This document shows positions 20,529 through 30,844 of a stretch of 64,000 nt of DNA, piece after piece (position 1 is the first letter of the stretch; every line of letters starts with the position of its first letter). The stretch is from contig JBDRKI010000102.1 of assembly GCA_043814095.1 (NCBI GenBank), positions 15,716 to 79,715 of the forward strand, written 5' to 3'. Under the pieces are notes generated by a model. It was not told the origin of the DNA, did no database searches, and saw nothing but the letters and a program-made list of their open reading frames with translations. Origin of the DNA: Armatimonadota bacterium. Its GTDB lineage: Bacteria; Vulcanimicrobiota; JACPDS01; JBDRKI01. The position numbers were made by a program, and so were the translations under genes.

Positions 20529-21410
20529 TTACAGATGTAAAAATTTATTCACGGAAATAAAGCTGCCGATTGCTCCTACAATTATTCCCACACAGGTAAG
20601 CACAATGGAAAGCTGTGTAATTATAATAGAGGAATGGATAAGCGGTATAAACGGCAGCTGCTGGTGGAACTGGTGGGCAAGCTCCGGATATGTCAGGGAC
20701 ATTATGACAATTGCTATAATTGCCCCTATAAATCCCTGGAGAATGCCTTCTATAATAAACGGCCACCTTATAAACCAGTTAGCGGCGCCTACCAGCTGCA
20801 TTATCCTTATCTCCCTGCTTCTTGCAAAGACGGTTAATCTTATCGTATTACTTACAACAAGTACGTTAACGATAACAAGAAGCAGTATAATAAAAGAACC
20901 TGCGATCTTTATCGCTTTATCAAGCTTTATTATGTTTTCGGTGAAACCCTCACCGTAGTTAACTTTTTCCGTGCCCTGTATTTTTTCTATTAATAAAGCG
21001 GTATCCTTTATCTTGTCTTTATCCTTTACCTTGATTTTAAAATAGTTCGGCAGGGGATTATATTTTAAACTTACAAGGTTTACTTTCTGGACCAATCTTT
21101 CCTGGAGTTCAGAAAGCGCGTGATCTTTACTCACAAAGGAGATTGACGATATATTAGGGAGCCCTTTAAGTTCATTGCGTATTCTTGTTATATCCGCGGG
21201 GGTTACTTGTTTATCAAGCCTTACGGTTATCTCCAGCTGTTCTAAGACAGTTGTGGTTAAAAGACTGTTTAGATTCCATATGAGGATTAAAAACACACCC
21301 AGACTTATAAGCAGTATAAGGATATTGGATATACACGCAAGGTTCATAAGGGGGTTTCTCTGCATGTTCAGCTTTACTTCTCTGAAAAAATAATTTGCTC
21401 CGTAACTCAT
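20529..21410 (-). CDS. ftsX: Cell division permease FtsX
   Basis: 293 aa with four TM helices, a large first extracellular loop and FtsX family conservation. Directly downstream of ftsE. Confidence 0.8.
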   Translation of the reverse strand: MSYGANYFFREVKLNMQRNPLMNLACISNILILLISLGVFLILIWNLNSLLTTTVLEQLEITVRLDKQVTPADITRIRNELKGLPNISSISFVSKDHALSELQERLVQKVNLVSLKYNPLPNYFKIKVKDKDKIKDTALLIEKIQGTEKVNYGEGFTENIIKLDKAIKIAGSFIILLLVIVNVLVVSNTIRLTVFARSREIRIMQLVGAANWFIRWPFIIEGILQGFIGAIIAIVIMSLTYPELAHQFHQQLPFIPLIHSSIIITQLSIVLTCVGIIVGAIGSFISVNKFLHL

Positions 21411-21415
21411 AACAC

Positions 21416-22153
21416 CTACTCAAATATTAATTTTAGATTTTCATATTTATTGTTTGCTTTAGGATCAAATCCTTCCGTTGAATAAGAACTTCTCTCCTGG
21501 TCATCGGTAATTCTGCCAGAAGTTATCGTTACTACTCTTTTTTTCATGAAATCAACAATATCACGGTCATGCGTTGCAATTAATACAGTTGTTCCTTTTG
21601 AGTTTATCCTCTCAAGCAGCATTATAATCTCGCGGGAGGTTACCGGATCAAGATTTCCCGTCGGCTCGTCCGCGATCAGTATAAGGGGGTGGTTAACAAG
21701 CGCCCTTGCTATTGATATGCGCTGGCTCTCCCCTCCGGAAAGCTCGGTAGGGAATGCTTTATGTTTATCACTTAACCCCACAAGGTCAAGAGTATGCCTT
21801 ACAGCCTTATCAATCTGGAATTTAGGAGTACCTATAACCTCAAGCGCGTAAGCCACATTCTCATAAACGGTTTTTTGCGGGAGAAGTTTAAAATCCTGGA
21901 ATACAACACCTATGCTTCTTCTTAAGTAAGGCACCCTGTTTTTCTTTAAGGTAACTACATCCTGGTTGTTCACATATATATGGCCTGATGTGGGAAGCAT
22001 ATCCCTGTAGATAAGCTTAAGGATGGATGATTTTCCCGCGGCAGTTGAGCCCACTATAAAAACAAACTCTCCCTTGTCAACGGAGAAGCTAATGTCTTCA
22101 AGCGCTTTTACGCCGTTAGGGTATATAAGGTTTACATTCTCAAAGCGGATCAT
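21416..22153 (-). CDS. ftsE: Cell division ATP-binding protein FtsE (ABC ATPase)
   Basis: Walker A GSTAAGKSS, ABC signature LSGGESQR and Walker B ILIADEPT. Confidence 0.88.
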   Translation of the reverse strand: MIRFENVNLIYPNGVKALEDISFSVDKGEFVFIVGSTAAGKSSILKLIYRDMLPTSGHIYVNNQDVVTLKKNRVPYLRRSIGVVFQDFKLLPQKTVYENVAYALEVIGTPKFQIDKAVRHTLDLVGLSDKHKAFPTELSGGESQRISIARALVNHPLILIADEPTGNLDPVTSREIIMLLERINSKGTTVLIATHDRDIVDFMKKRVVTITSGRITDDQERSSYSTEGFDPKANNKYENLKLIFE

Positions 22154-22182
22154 AATATTTTACCTTTCATTTATATATTATA

Positions 22183-23277
22183 TCATTTTAACAAGTCCAT
22201 AACAATTTCATTGTTTTTACAGGCTTTCTTTTTCAATGAAGATACATTTTCCTTTAAATTTTTCTTAACCTGTTCATTATTCTTCAATAAGTAATCAAAT
22301 TTTTCATCCATTAAATTCAGTTCCATTCTCTTTATATCCACACTGGGCAGGTTCATAAGTTCAAAAAAGCTCTTAACCTTGGGATCATATATAATTCCCA
22401 AAGAAGGGATACTGTTAACCGCACCCATTATTGCCGCATGGAGTCTCATTGCAGCCATATAATTAAAATTAGAAATTAAACTTAATAACTGCAAAGTAGA
22501 TAATTTCTCATTTATCACAATTGCGTCAAAGACAAGTTTTTCTTTAAGTTTTAAGCACTGTTCAAGATCAGTACTTAACTGGAAGGGCAGTAAGTACTGT
22601 TTTATATCCGGATATTTTTTATTGATATTATTCAAAAAAGAAGCAAGTTTATCCAGATAATCAACACCCCAGGGCCTTACGGCTATACCCAGGTTAACAT
22701 TATCTTTATTTATATCATACTTACTTAAAATGTTAGTTATATCTGTTTGTCCTTCAAGCATAAGCACAGGATCCGCGGTAACTTCTATTAACTTTTCATT
22801 TAGTCCCAGGTTTAATAAAAGCTCCTTAGAAGCTTCATCCCTTACCGTGATATAATCAACCCTGTTTAAGGTTTCAGATGTAAGTTTTTTGCCTTCATCA
22901 GTATCAACAGGGCCTATGCCCTGAGCGTATACCATAACTTTTTTCCTGAAAAGCTTGGCAAGATTTATCAGGTTTAAATAATATCTTATGCTTCTTACGC
23001 TTGTTATATCCTGTATTAAGCCCCCGCCTCCGCTTATAAACAATGTTGTAGTAAACATGGCTTTTAATATTGAAAAATAATTCTTCCTGTTAACAAAATT
23101 TACATTATAATCAGATAATTCATCTATCTTACCGTTAGATAATACGGATATACCCGCTTCAGGCATGAGTTTCCTGAATGAAGTTACCATACTATATAAT
23201 ATGGCTTCATCACCTGCATTACCGAACCCGTAAAATCCCGATATTAATATATTCTTATTTTTATAAGTATTATCCAT
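22183..23277 (-). CDS. Polysaccharide pyruvyl transferase family protein (CsaB-like)
   Basis: N-terminal GFYGFGNAGDEAIL motif characteristic of the pyruvyl transferase family. Confidence 0.65.
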   Translation of the reverse strand: MDNTYKNKNILISGFYGFGNAGDEAILYSMVTSFRKLMPEAGISVLSNGKIDELSDYNVNFVNRKNYFSILKAMFTTTLFISGGGGLIQDITSVRSIRYYLNLINLAKLFRKKVMVYAQGIGPVDTDEGKKLTSETLNRVDYITVRDEASKELLLNLGLNEKLIEVTADPVLMLEGQTDITNILSKYDINKDNVNLGIAVRPWGVDYLDKLASFLNNINKKYPDIKQYLLPFQLSTDLEQCLKLKEKLVFDAIVINEKLSTLQLLSLISNFNYMAAMRLHAAIMGAVNSIPSLGIIYDPKVKSFFELMNLPSVDIKRMELNLMDEKFDYLLKNNEQVKKNLKENVSSLKKKACKNNEIVMDLLK

Positions 23278-23398
23278 AATTTAAGAGAATTCTATAAAAA
23301 ACAGAGTTACCCTTCCTTGCCTTGCGGGCTTGACCTTATGACTCATAAATGATACACTAATAGTGGGACATATATGCATCACTAGGAGGTTTGTAAAT

Positions 23399-23662
23399 AT
23401 GGCTGTCAGGAAAAATAGAATTCCCGTAACATTAGAATCTGTATTATATGAATGGATATTAAGTGAAGCCAAGAGACAGGGTATTTCCATTTCCCAGGCA
23501 ATTAGAGATGCCGTAAAGCTTGCATATGAATGGTCTGCCACATTTGAAGTGCTTTCAAGCGAAGAACTTACATTACAGCTCCAGCAGAGCGGCAAAGGTT
23601 CTGCAAAACATTATGTGCCTTTTGATGAGGTAAAGCGTGATGTATACCGCCGTTCTAAGTAA
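23399..23662 (+). CDS. Ribbon-helix-helix (CopG/RHH-type) antitoxin of a type II TA pair
   Basis: 87 aa with an AGGAGG RBS before the ATG at 23399. 3' end overlaps the toxin gene. Confidence 0.6.
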   Translation: MAVRKNRIPVTLESVLYEWILSEAKRQGISISQAIRDAVKLAYEWSATFEVLSSEELTLQLQQSGKGSAKHYVPFDEVKRDVYRRSK

Positions 23663-23897
23663 GCCGTCTGCAAAATATTTGGAAAATTTGCCGTTAAAGC
23701 AGGCTGAATTAATAATTGATAAGGTTGAAGATCTGCGGAGGGAACCTTTTCAAAATTCAATTTCTCTACAGGGACCCTTAAGAGATTTAAGAAGATCAAA
23801 AGCTGGAAAATTCAGGATAATATTTGAATTGGTTGAAAGTAAAAAAGAAATAATAATAAAAGCTATCGGACCAAGAGGCGACATATATAAAAGATAA
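23640..23897 (+). CDS. RelE/ParE-family type II toxin
   Basis: 85 aa with a RelE/ParE-like C-terminal basic region (GPLRDLRRSKAGKFRIIFELV..IIIKAIGPRGDIY). Overlaps the upstream antitoxin. Confidence 0.65.
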   Translation: MYTAVLSKPSAKYLENLPLKQAELIIDKVEDLRREPFQNSISLQGPLRDLRRSKAGKFRIIFELVESKKEIIIKAIGPRGDIYKR

Positions 23898-23918
23898 ATA
23901 ATAAATATTGAGGATTAT

Positions 23919-23952
23919 ATAGAAACACCCGGATAATTCCGGGTGTTTCTAT
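23919..23952 (+). terminator. Perfect 15-bp hairpin (ATAGAAACACCCGGA-TAAT-TCCGGGTGTTTCTAT) plus T-rich tail after the TA operon
   Basis: Perfect inverted repeat followed by ATTTATTAT. Confidence 0.55.
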
Positions 23953-24043
23953 ATTTATTATCATATAAAAGGGAAGAGAAAAGAACTATAGAAATATCAG
24001 GTAGCAAATGGTAGAATTAATATAAAATATATTTGGAGATGTT

Positions 24044-26341
24044 ATGGATTATTCGAAGCAATTAAATGATAAACAATCAGAAGCCGTATTATATAAGGAT
24101 TCCCCTTTGCTTATACTCGCGGGGGCGGGTTCGGGGAAAACAAGGGTATTAACCTATAAAATGGCATACCTTATAAGTGAATGCGGTTTCTCTCCTGACA
24201 GCATATTAGGTGTTACATTTACCAATAAAGCCGCGAACGAGATGAAAGACAGGGTGGCCCGTCTTTTAGGCACAAGACGTCCTTTGTGGGTAAGCACTTT
24301 CCATTCGGCTTGCGTGAGAATACTCAGGCGCGATATTGATAAACTTGAGTTTGGTAAAAACTTCATTATATATGATGAACAGGATAAACAGTTAAAGATA
24401 AAAGAGATTATAAAAAGACTTAATATAGATGATAAAAGAATTACTCCGGGGAGCGTTATATCAGCCATAAGCCAGGCAAAGAACGGCAAGATAGACCCCG
24501 GCCAGTATGCAAGAAGCGCGGATGATTTTTTTACAAGGTTAATAGCAGAGATCTATACAGAATATGAGAAAGACTTGAAAAAAGATAATGCTCTTGATTT
24601 TGACGATCTTTTATTAAAAACAGTGGAGCTTTTTGAGAAACATCCTGACGTGTTAGGTGTTTACCAGAATAAATTTAAGTATATCCTTGTTGATGAATAC
24701 CAGGATATAAATCATATACAGTACCTGCTCGTGAAGTATCTTTCAGATAAACATAAAAACATATGTGTTGTGGGCGATGATGATCAGAGCATATACGCTT
24801 TCCGCGGGGCCGATGTTTCAATAATACTGCAGTTTGAGAAAGATTTTCCCAGCGCTAAAGTCGTTAAACTTGAACAGAATTACAGATCAACTAAAACCAT
24901 ACTGGAGTCCGCAAACAGCCTTGTAAAGTATAACTCCGGAAGAAAGCCGAAAAAACTATGGACCCGGAACGAAGACGGCGACCTTATAACCGAATACTGC
25001 GCTTTTAACGAATCCGATGAAGCAAGGTATGTGATAAATAAGATTAAGGCTCTCTGCTCGGAGGGGGAGTATTCCCTGCGGGATTTTGCTGTTCTTTACA
25101 GGACAAATGCCCAGTCAAGAGCGCTGGAAGAGTTTCTTCTCTCAAGCGGGCTTGCTTATAAAATTGTGGGCGGGGTAAGGTTTTATGAAAGAAGAGAGGT
25201 TAAAGACCTTATAGCATATCTAAGGATTTGCTATAACCCCCATGACAGCGTAAGCATAAAAAGGGTTATTAATACTCCTTCCCGGGGAATAGGCAAAACC
25301 ACTTTAGAGAAAATTTATAGATATTCGGCTGATAATAATATAAGCAGTTATGATACATTAACACAGATAGATAATGTTAATATACAGAACGGCACGAAAT
25401 TAAAGATAAAAGAATTCCTGAATATAATAAGCAAGATGAGAGAAGAAGTAAAAGGCCTTTCCTTAAGCGATACAGTAAGGACCGTTCTTTCCGTAAGCGG
25501 TTTAAGGATATTTTTCCTCCAGGATAATACCGCTGATTCCATAACGAGAGTTGAAAACCTTGATGAATTTATATCCGTCGCCTGCGAGAGCGAGAAAAAG
25601 ATGGAAACTCCTAATTTAGAAAACTTTCTCGCGGAGATAGCCCTTTTTACCGATATTGATAATTACAGCGAAAATGAAGAAGTGATAACGCTTATGACCC
25701 TTCACTGCTCCAAGGGGCTTGAGTTTCCCGTTGTGTTTATCGTGGGGCTTGAAGAAGGGGTCTTTCCTCATGCAAGGAGCTTATTCTCCGCATATGAGCT
25801 TGAAGAGGAAAGAAGGCTGTGTTATGTGGGTATAACGCGCGCGGGTAAGAGACTCTATCTTACGCACGCGAAAGACAGAACTATTTTCGGGTCTATGATT
25901 TTAAGGGACAGGTCAAGATTCTTGGACGAGATAGATCCTGATTTTATACTGAATGAGACACCTCAGAAAAAACAGGTTGATAAAGATATTTACATAGACA
26001 GATCCATTTATGATTCTGATGAAGATACCGTAACATATGAGTTCAGGAAAGGACAGACCGTAATGCACCATCTCTGGGGCAAAGGAAAAGTTACCGATAC
26101 AGAAGACGAAGAGATAACCGTAGAATTTAAAAAGCTGGGCGTAAAGGTTATTCTTGCCGAGTATCTTAAACCCGTGGATACAGGTGATGATTCTTTATCC
26201 GAAAGCTACACCGATGCCGGCATAGGGGATAAGATTGTATCTGAGGAGTTCGGCAGCGGTGTTGTTTTAAGCAAGGATGATTTAAAAATAATCGCGACAT
26301 TTCCCGGGCTGGGAAACAGGGAGATAGCTTTAAAGGATTAG
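24044..26341 (+). CDS. pcrA: UvrD/PcrA-type ATP-dependent DNA helicase
   Basis: Superfamily 1 helicase motifs (AGAGSGKT, DEYQD..) and typical PcrA length. Adjacent to ligA as in Firmicutes. Confidence 0.88.
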   Translation: MDYSKQLNDKQSEAVLYKDSPLLILAGAGSGKTRVLTYKMAYLISECGFSPDSILGVTFTNKAANEMKDRVARLLGTRRPLWVSTFHSACVRILRRDIDKLEFGKNFIIYDEQDKQLKIKEIIKRLNIDDKRITPGSVISAISQAKNGKIDPGQYARSADDFFTRLIAEIYTEYEKDLKKDNALDFDDLLLKTVELFEKHPDVLGVYQNKFKYILVDEYQDINHIQYLLVKYLSDKHKNICVVGDDDQSIYAFRGADVSIILQFEKDFPSAKVVKLEQNYRSTKTILESANSLVKYNSGRKPKKLWTRNEDGDLITEYCAFNESDEARYVINKIKALCSEGEYSLRDFAVLYRTNAQSRALEEFLLSSGLAYKIVGGVRFYERREVKDLIAYLRICYNPHDSVSIKRVINTPSRGIGKTTLEKIYRYSADNNISSYDTLTQIDNVNIQNGTKLKIKEFLNIISKMREEVKGLSLSDTVRTVLSVSGLRIFFLQDNTADSITRVENLDEFISVACESEKKMETPNLENFLAEIALFTDIDNYSENEEVITLMTLHCSKGLEFPVVFIVGLEEGVFPHARSLFSAYELEEERRLCYVGITRAGKRLYLTHAKDRTIFGSMILRDRSRFLDEIDPDFILNETPQKKQVDKDIYIDRSIYDSDEDTVTYEFRKGQTVMHHLWGKGKVTDTEDEEITVEFKKLGVKVILAEYLKPVDTGDDSLSESYTDAGIGDKIVSEEFGSGVVLSKDDLKIIATFPGLGNREIALKD

Positions 26342-28348
<2,007 letters not shown>

Positions 28349-28393
28349 TGGATAAGAACTTGGAAGGGAATAATTTTAATGTAAAGAATCAAG

Positions 28394-28588
28394 GTGAATA
28401 TGATTAAAAAAGTTATCAGTATTAATAAAACCAAAGATTTTTCTGAGATAAGATCGAATCTGTCTTTCTGGCTGTCAAAACCATCAGAAGAGCGTATTTT
28501 TGCTGTAGAATTATTAAGGAGACAAATGCATGGATATTCAACAAGACTTCAAAGAACTGCTCGAGTTATTCAACGCAAACAAGGTTGA
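28394..28588 (+). CDS. Small hypothetical protein (64 aa) overlapping the start of the downstream nucleotidyltransferase gene in a different frame
   Basis: ORF with a PSEERIFAVELLRRQ segment. Its last 59 nt overlap the next gene. Coding status uncertain. Confidence 0.35.
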   Translation: MNMIKKVISINKTKDFSEIRSNLSFWLSKPSEERIFAVELLRRQMHGYSTRLQRTARVIQRKQG

Positions 28589-28979
28589 GTATGTTATTGT
28601 CGGCGCTTATGCATTGGCGCTTCACGGAGCACCTCGAAGTACCGGGGATATAGATATTCTTGTGGGGACTGACAAAATCAATGCAGAACGAATTCTTAAA
28701 GCATTAAATGAATTTGGTTTTGGTTCATTAAATTTAAAAGTTGAAGATTTTACAACGCCTGATAATATCATACAGCTTGGAGTGGCTCCGGTTCGAATTG
28801 ATATTATAACAACAATTACCGGGGTTTCCACAGAAGATGCGTTTTCTGGACGAATAGCTGATAAATACGGAGATGCACCCGTATATTATCTGGGCTTAAA
28901 TGAATTTATTGAAAACAAAAAAGCTCTTGCAAGAAAGAAAGATCTGGCAGACATTGAAGCCCTTGATAAGCTTGATTGA
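28530..28979 (+). CDS. Minimal nucleotidyltransferase (Pol-beta superfamily, MNT-like) protein
   Basis: GAYALALHG..RSTGDIDILV matches the GS..DxD nucleotidyltransferase core. 149 aa. Confidence 0.6.
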   Translation: MDIQQDFKELLELFNANKVEYVIVGAYALALHGAPRSTGDIDILVGTDKINAERILKALNEFGFGSLNLKVEDFTTPDNIIQLGVAPVRIDIITTITGVSTEDAFSGRIADKYGDAPVYYLGLNEFIENKKALARKKDLADIEALDKLD

Positions 28980-29062
28980 TTTTTTACGGAAATATATATG
29001 AATAAAAAAGTCCAAATAGCAATCCTACTATTAATAACTTAAAAGGAAATATAATAATATTA

Positions 29063-29094
29063 AAGAATAACCCAGTAAAGGTTATTCTTTTTAT
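29063..29094 (+). terminator. Terminator hairpin (AGAATAACC-CAGTAAA-GGTTATTCT) plus TTTT after the nucleotidyltransferase gene
   Basis: 9-bp perfect stem followed by a T-run. Confidence 0.5.
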
Positions 29095-29112
29095 TATATG
29101 GAGGTATTGTAT

Positions 29113-29535
29113 ATGAAAGATGACGGAAAAAAATATTTAAAGGACATGGATAAGATTTTTAACCGGTTTGGCGAAATCCAGAAAAGATTTAACGCGGGCA
29201 GGGATGGCATTAAAGCCATAGTCTCTTTTATAGGCGAGATGTCAAGGAAAAAAACTCCTGCTTTTGCGCTGGATGATCCTATACTCGTAAGGGGCAGTGA
29301 GCTTATGAAGGAAGTTATAGATTCTCTGGATGAACAGCTTAAAGCCGCCAAAAAAGTATCTGCTCCTACCGAGTTTTCAAAGTTCCATAAGGATCTTCTG
29401 GAATCGTTGAAGCTGCAGGTAAGCGGGTATAAAGAGATGACTGATATGTTCGCTGATTATAAGGTTACGCACGCTTTAAAAGGAAAAGATAAGGTAACTA
29501 AAGGCGTAGAACTTATTGAAAAAGCGGTAATATAG
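29113..29535 (+). CDS. Hypothetical protein (~140 aa)
   Basis: ORF with GGAGG inside the ORF-track N-terminus, which places the real ATG at 29113. No recognised family. Confidence 0.5.
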   Translation: MKDDGKKYLKDMDKIFNRFGEIQKRFNAGRDGIKAIVSFIGEMSRKKTPAFALDDPILVRGSELMKEVIDSLDEQLKAAKKVSAPTEFSKFHKDLLESLKLQVSGYKEMTDMFADYKVTHALKGKDKVTKGVELIEKAVI

Positions 29536-29536
29536 T

Positions 29537-30841
29537 GTGAACTGTGAAGTCACTGTAGATAAGATATCATACGGCGGGGAAGGTATAGCAAGAACAAACA
29601 ATATGGTTGTCTTTATACCGGGTGCTGTTCCCGGTGACAAGCTGGAAATTAAGCTTACCGAGCATAAAAAAAACTACGCAAGAGCTGAAATAGTAAAAAT
29701 TGTAGAGCCCTCCTCCCGCAGGATTAAACCCAAATGCAAATATTTTAATGTTTGCGGGGGATGCAGTTTCCAGAATATTGATTATAAAGAGCAGCTGAAC
29801 ATAAAAAAACAGATAGTTGAGGACTCTTTTTTCAGGTTCGGCAAGGGTCTCTGTGTAAAAGTAAAGGATCTTATCTGTTCGGAAAAAAAGTTCGGCTTCA
29901 GGAGCAAAATCCAGTGGGTGGCTAAAGATAATACTCTGGGTTTATATAAAAAAGGCACTCATAATGTAATTGATATAGATTACTGTTTTCTTGCAGATAA
30001 AAAAGTTAATGATTTAACTTCGTTAATAAAAAGAAAGCTTGCCGGAGCTGATTATAAGGTATTAAAGCATATTATAATCAGGGAATCATTATATAAAGAT
30101 GAATTTCTCGCGGTTTTTGTATTAAATAGCGGAAAAATTGAAGGTTTTAAAAAGATCACAGAAGAGCTTATGAGTGAGTTTCCGGGTTTGGCAGGTGTTT
30201 CGGCTAATATAAATGAAAAAATATCAAATGTGATTTTAGGAGATAAGAATATCCTGCTTGAAGGAGAAGGTTATTTAGAGGAAAAGGTTGATAATCTTTT
30301 CTTTTATTACAGCGGGACGCTGTTTTTCCAGGTTAATACAGGTCAGCTGGAGAAAATAATAAAGATTATAAGGGAAAATGTATTATTAACAGGGAATGAA
30401 GTTGTTTTAGATTTATACAGCGGGGTAGGGGCACTCTCCCTTCATATGGCAGGGGAATGCAGAAAGGTAATTTTGTCTGAAGAGTCCCCCGGAGCCGAGG
30501 AATTTTTCACAAAATCGGCTAATAGGAATAATATAACCAATGTTGAATTTATAACCGGTAAAGTTGAGGATTTTTTAGATAAGTTTCATAAAGAAGGCGG
30601 TTCTGCGGACTTAGTGATACTTGATCCGCCCCGTAAGGGTTGTTCTGACGAAGTTATAAGATGCCTGGGATTAATAAAAGCGCCTAAAATAGTATATTTA
30701 TCGTGCAATCCCGTCACACTGGCAAGGGACTGCAAAAAACTTGCGGGTTATGGCTATAAAGTTAATTTAATACAGCCGGTTGATATGTTCCCGCAGACAT
30801 ATCATGTTGAAGTGCTGGCTGTCCTGGAGAATAAGGAGTAG
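29537..30841 (+). CDS. TRAM-domain RNA (uracil-5-)-methyltransferase of the RlmD/RumA family
   Basis: N-terminal TRAM, a Cys cluster (CKYFNVCGGCSFQ) and a C-terminal SAM-MTase with DPPRKG motif. GTG start. Confidence 0.75.
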   Translation: MNCEVTVDKISYGGEGIARTNNMVVFIPGAVPGDKLEIKLTEHKKNYARAEIVKIVEPSSRRIKPKCKYFNVCGGCSFQNIDYKEQLNIKKQIVEDSFFRFGKGLCVKVKDLICSEKKFGFRSKIQWVAKDNTLGLYKKGTHNVIDIDYCFLADKKVNDLTSLIKRKLAGADYKVLKHIIIRESLYKDEFLAVFVLNSGKIEGFKKITEELMSEFPGLAGVSANINEKISNVILGDKNILLEGEGYLEEKVDNLFFYYSGTLFFQVNTGQLEKIIKIIRENVLLTGNEVVLDLYSGVGALSLHMAGECRKVILSEESPGAEEFFTKSANRNNITNVEFITGKVEDFLDKFHKEGGSADLVILDPPRKGCSDEVIRCLGLIKAPKIVYLSCNPVTLARDCKKLAGYGYKVNLIQPVDMFPQTYHVEVLAVLENKE

Positions 30842-30844
30842 GTT

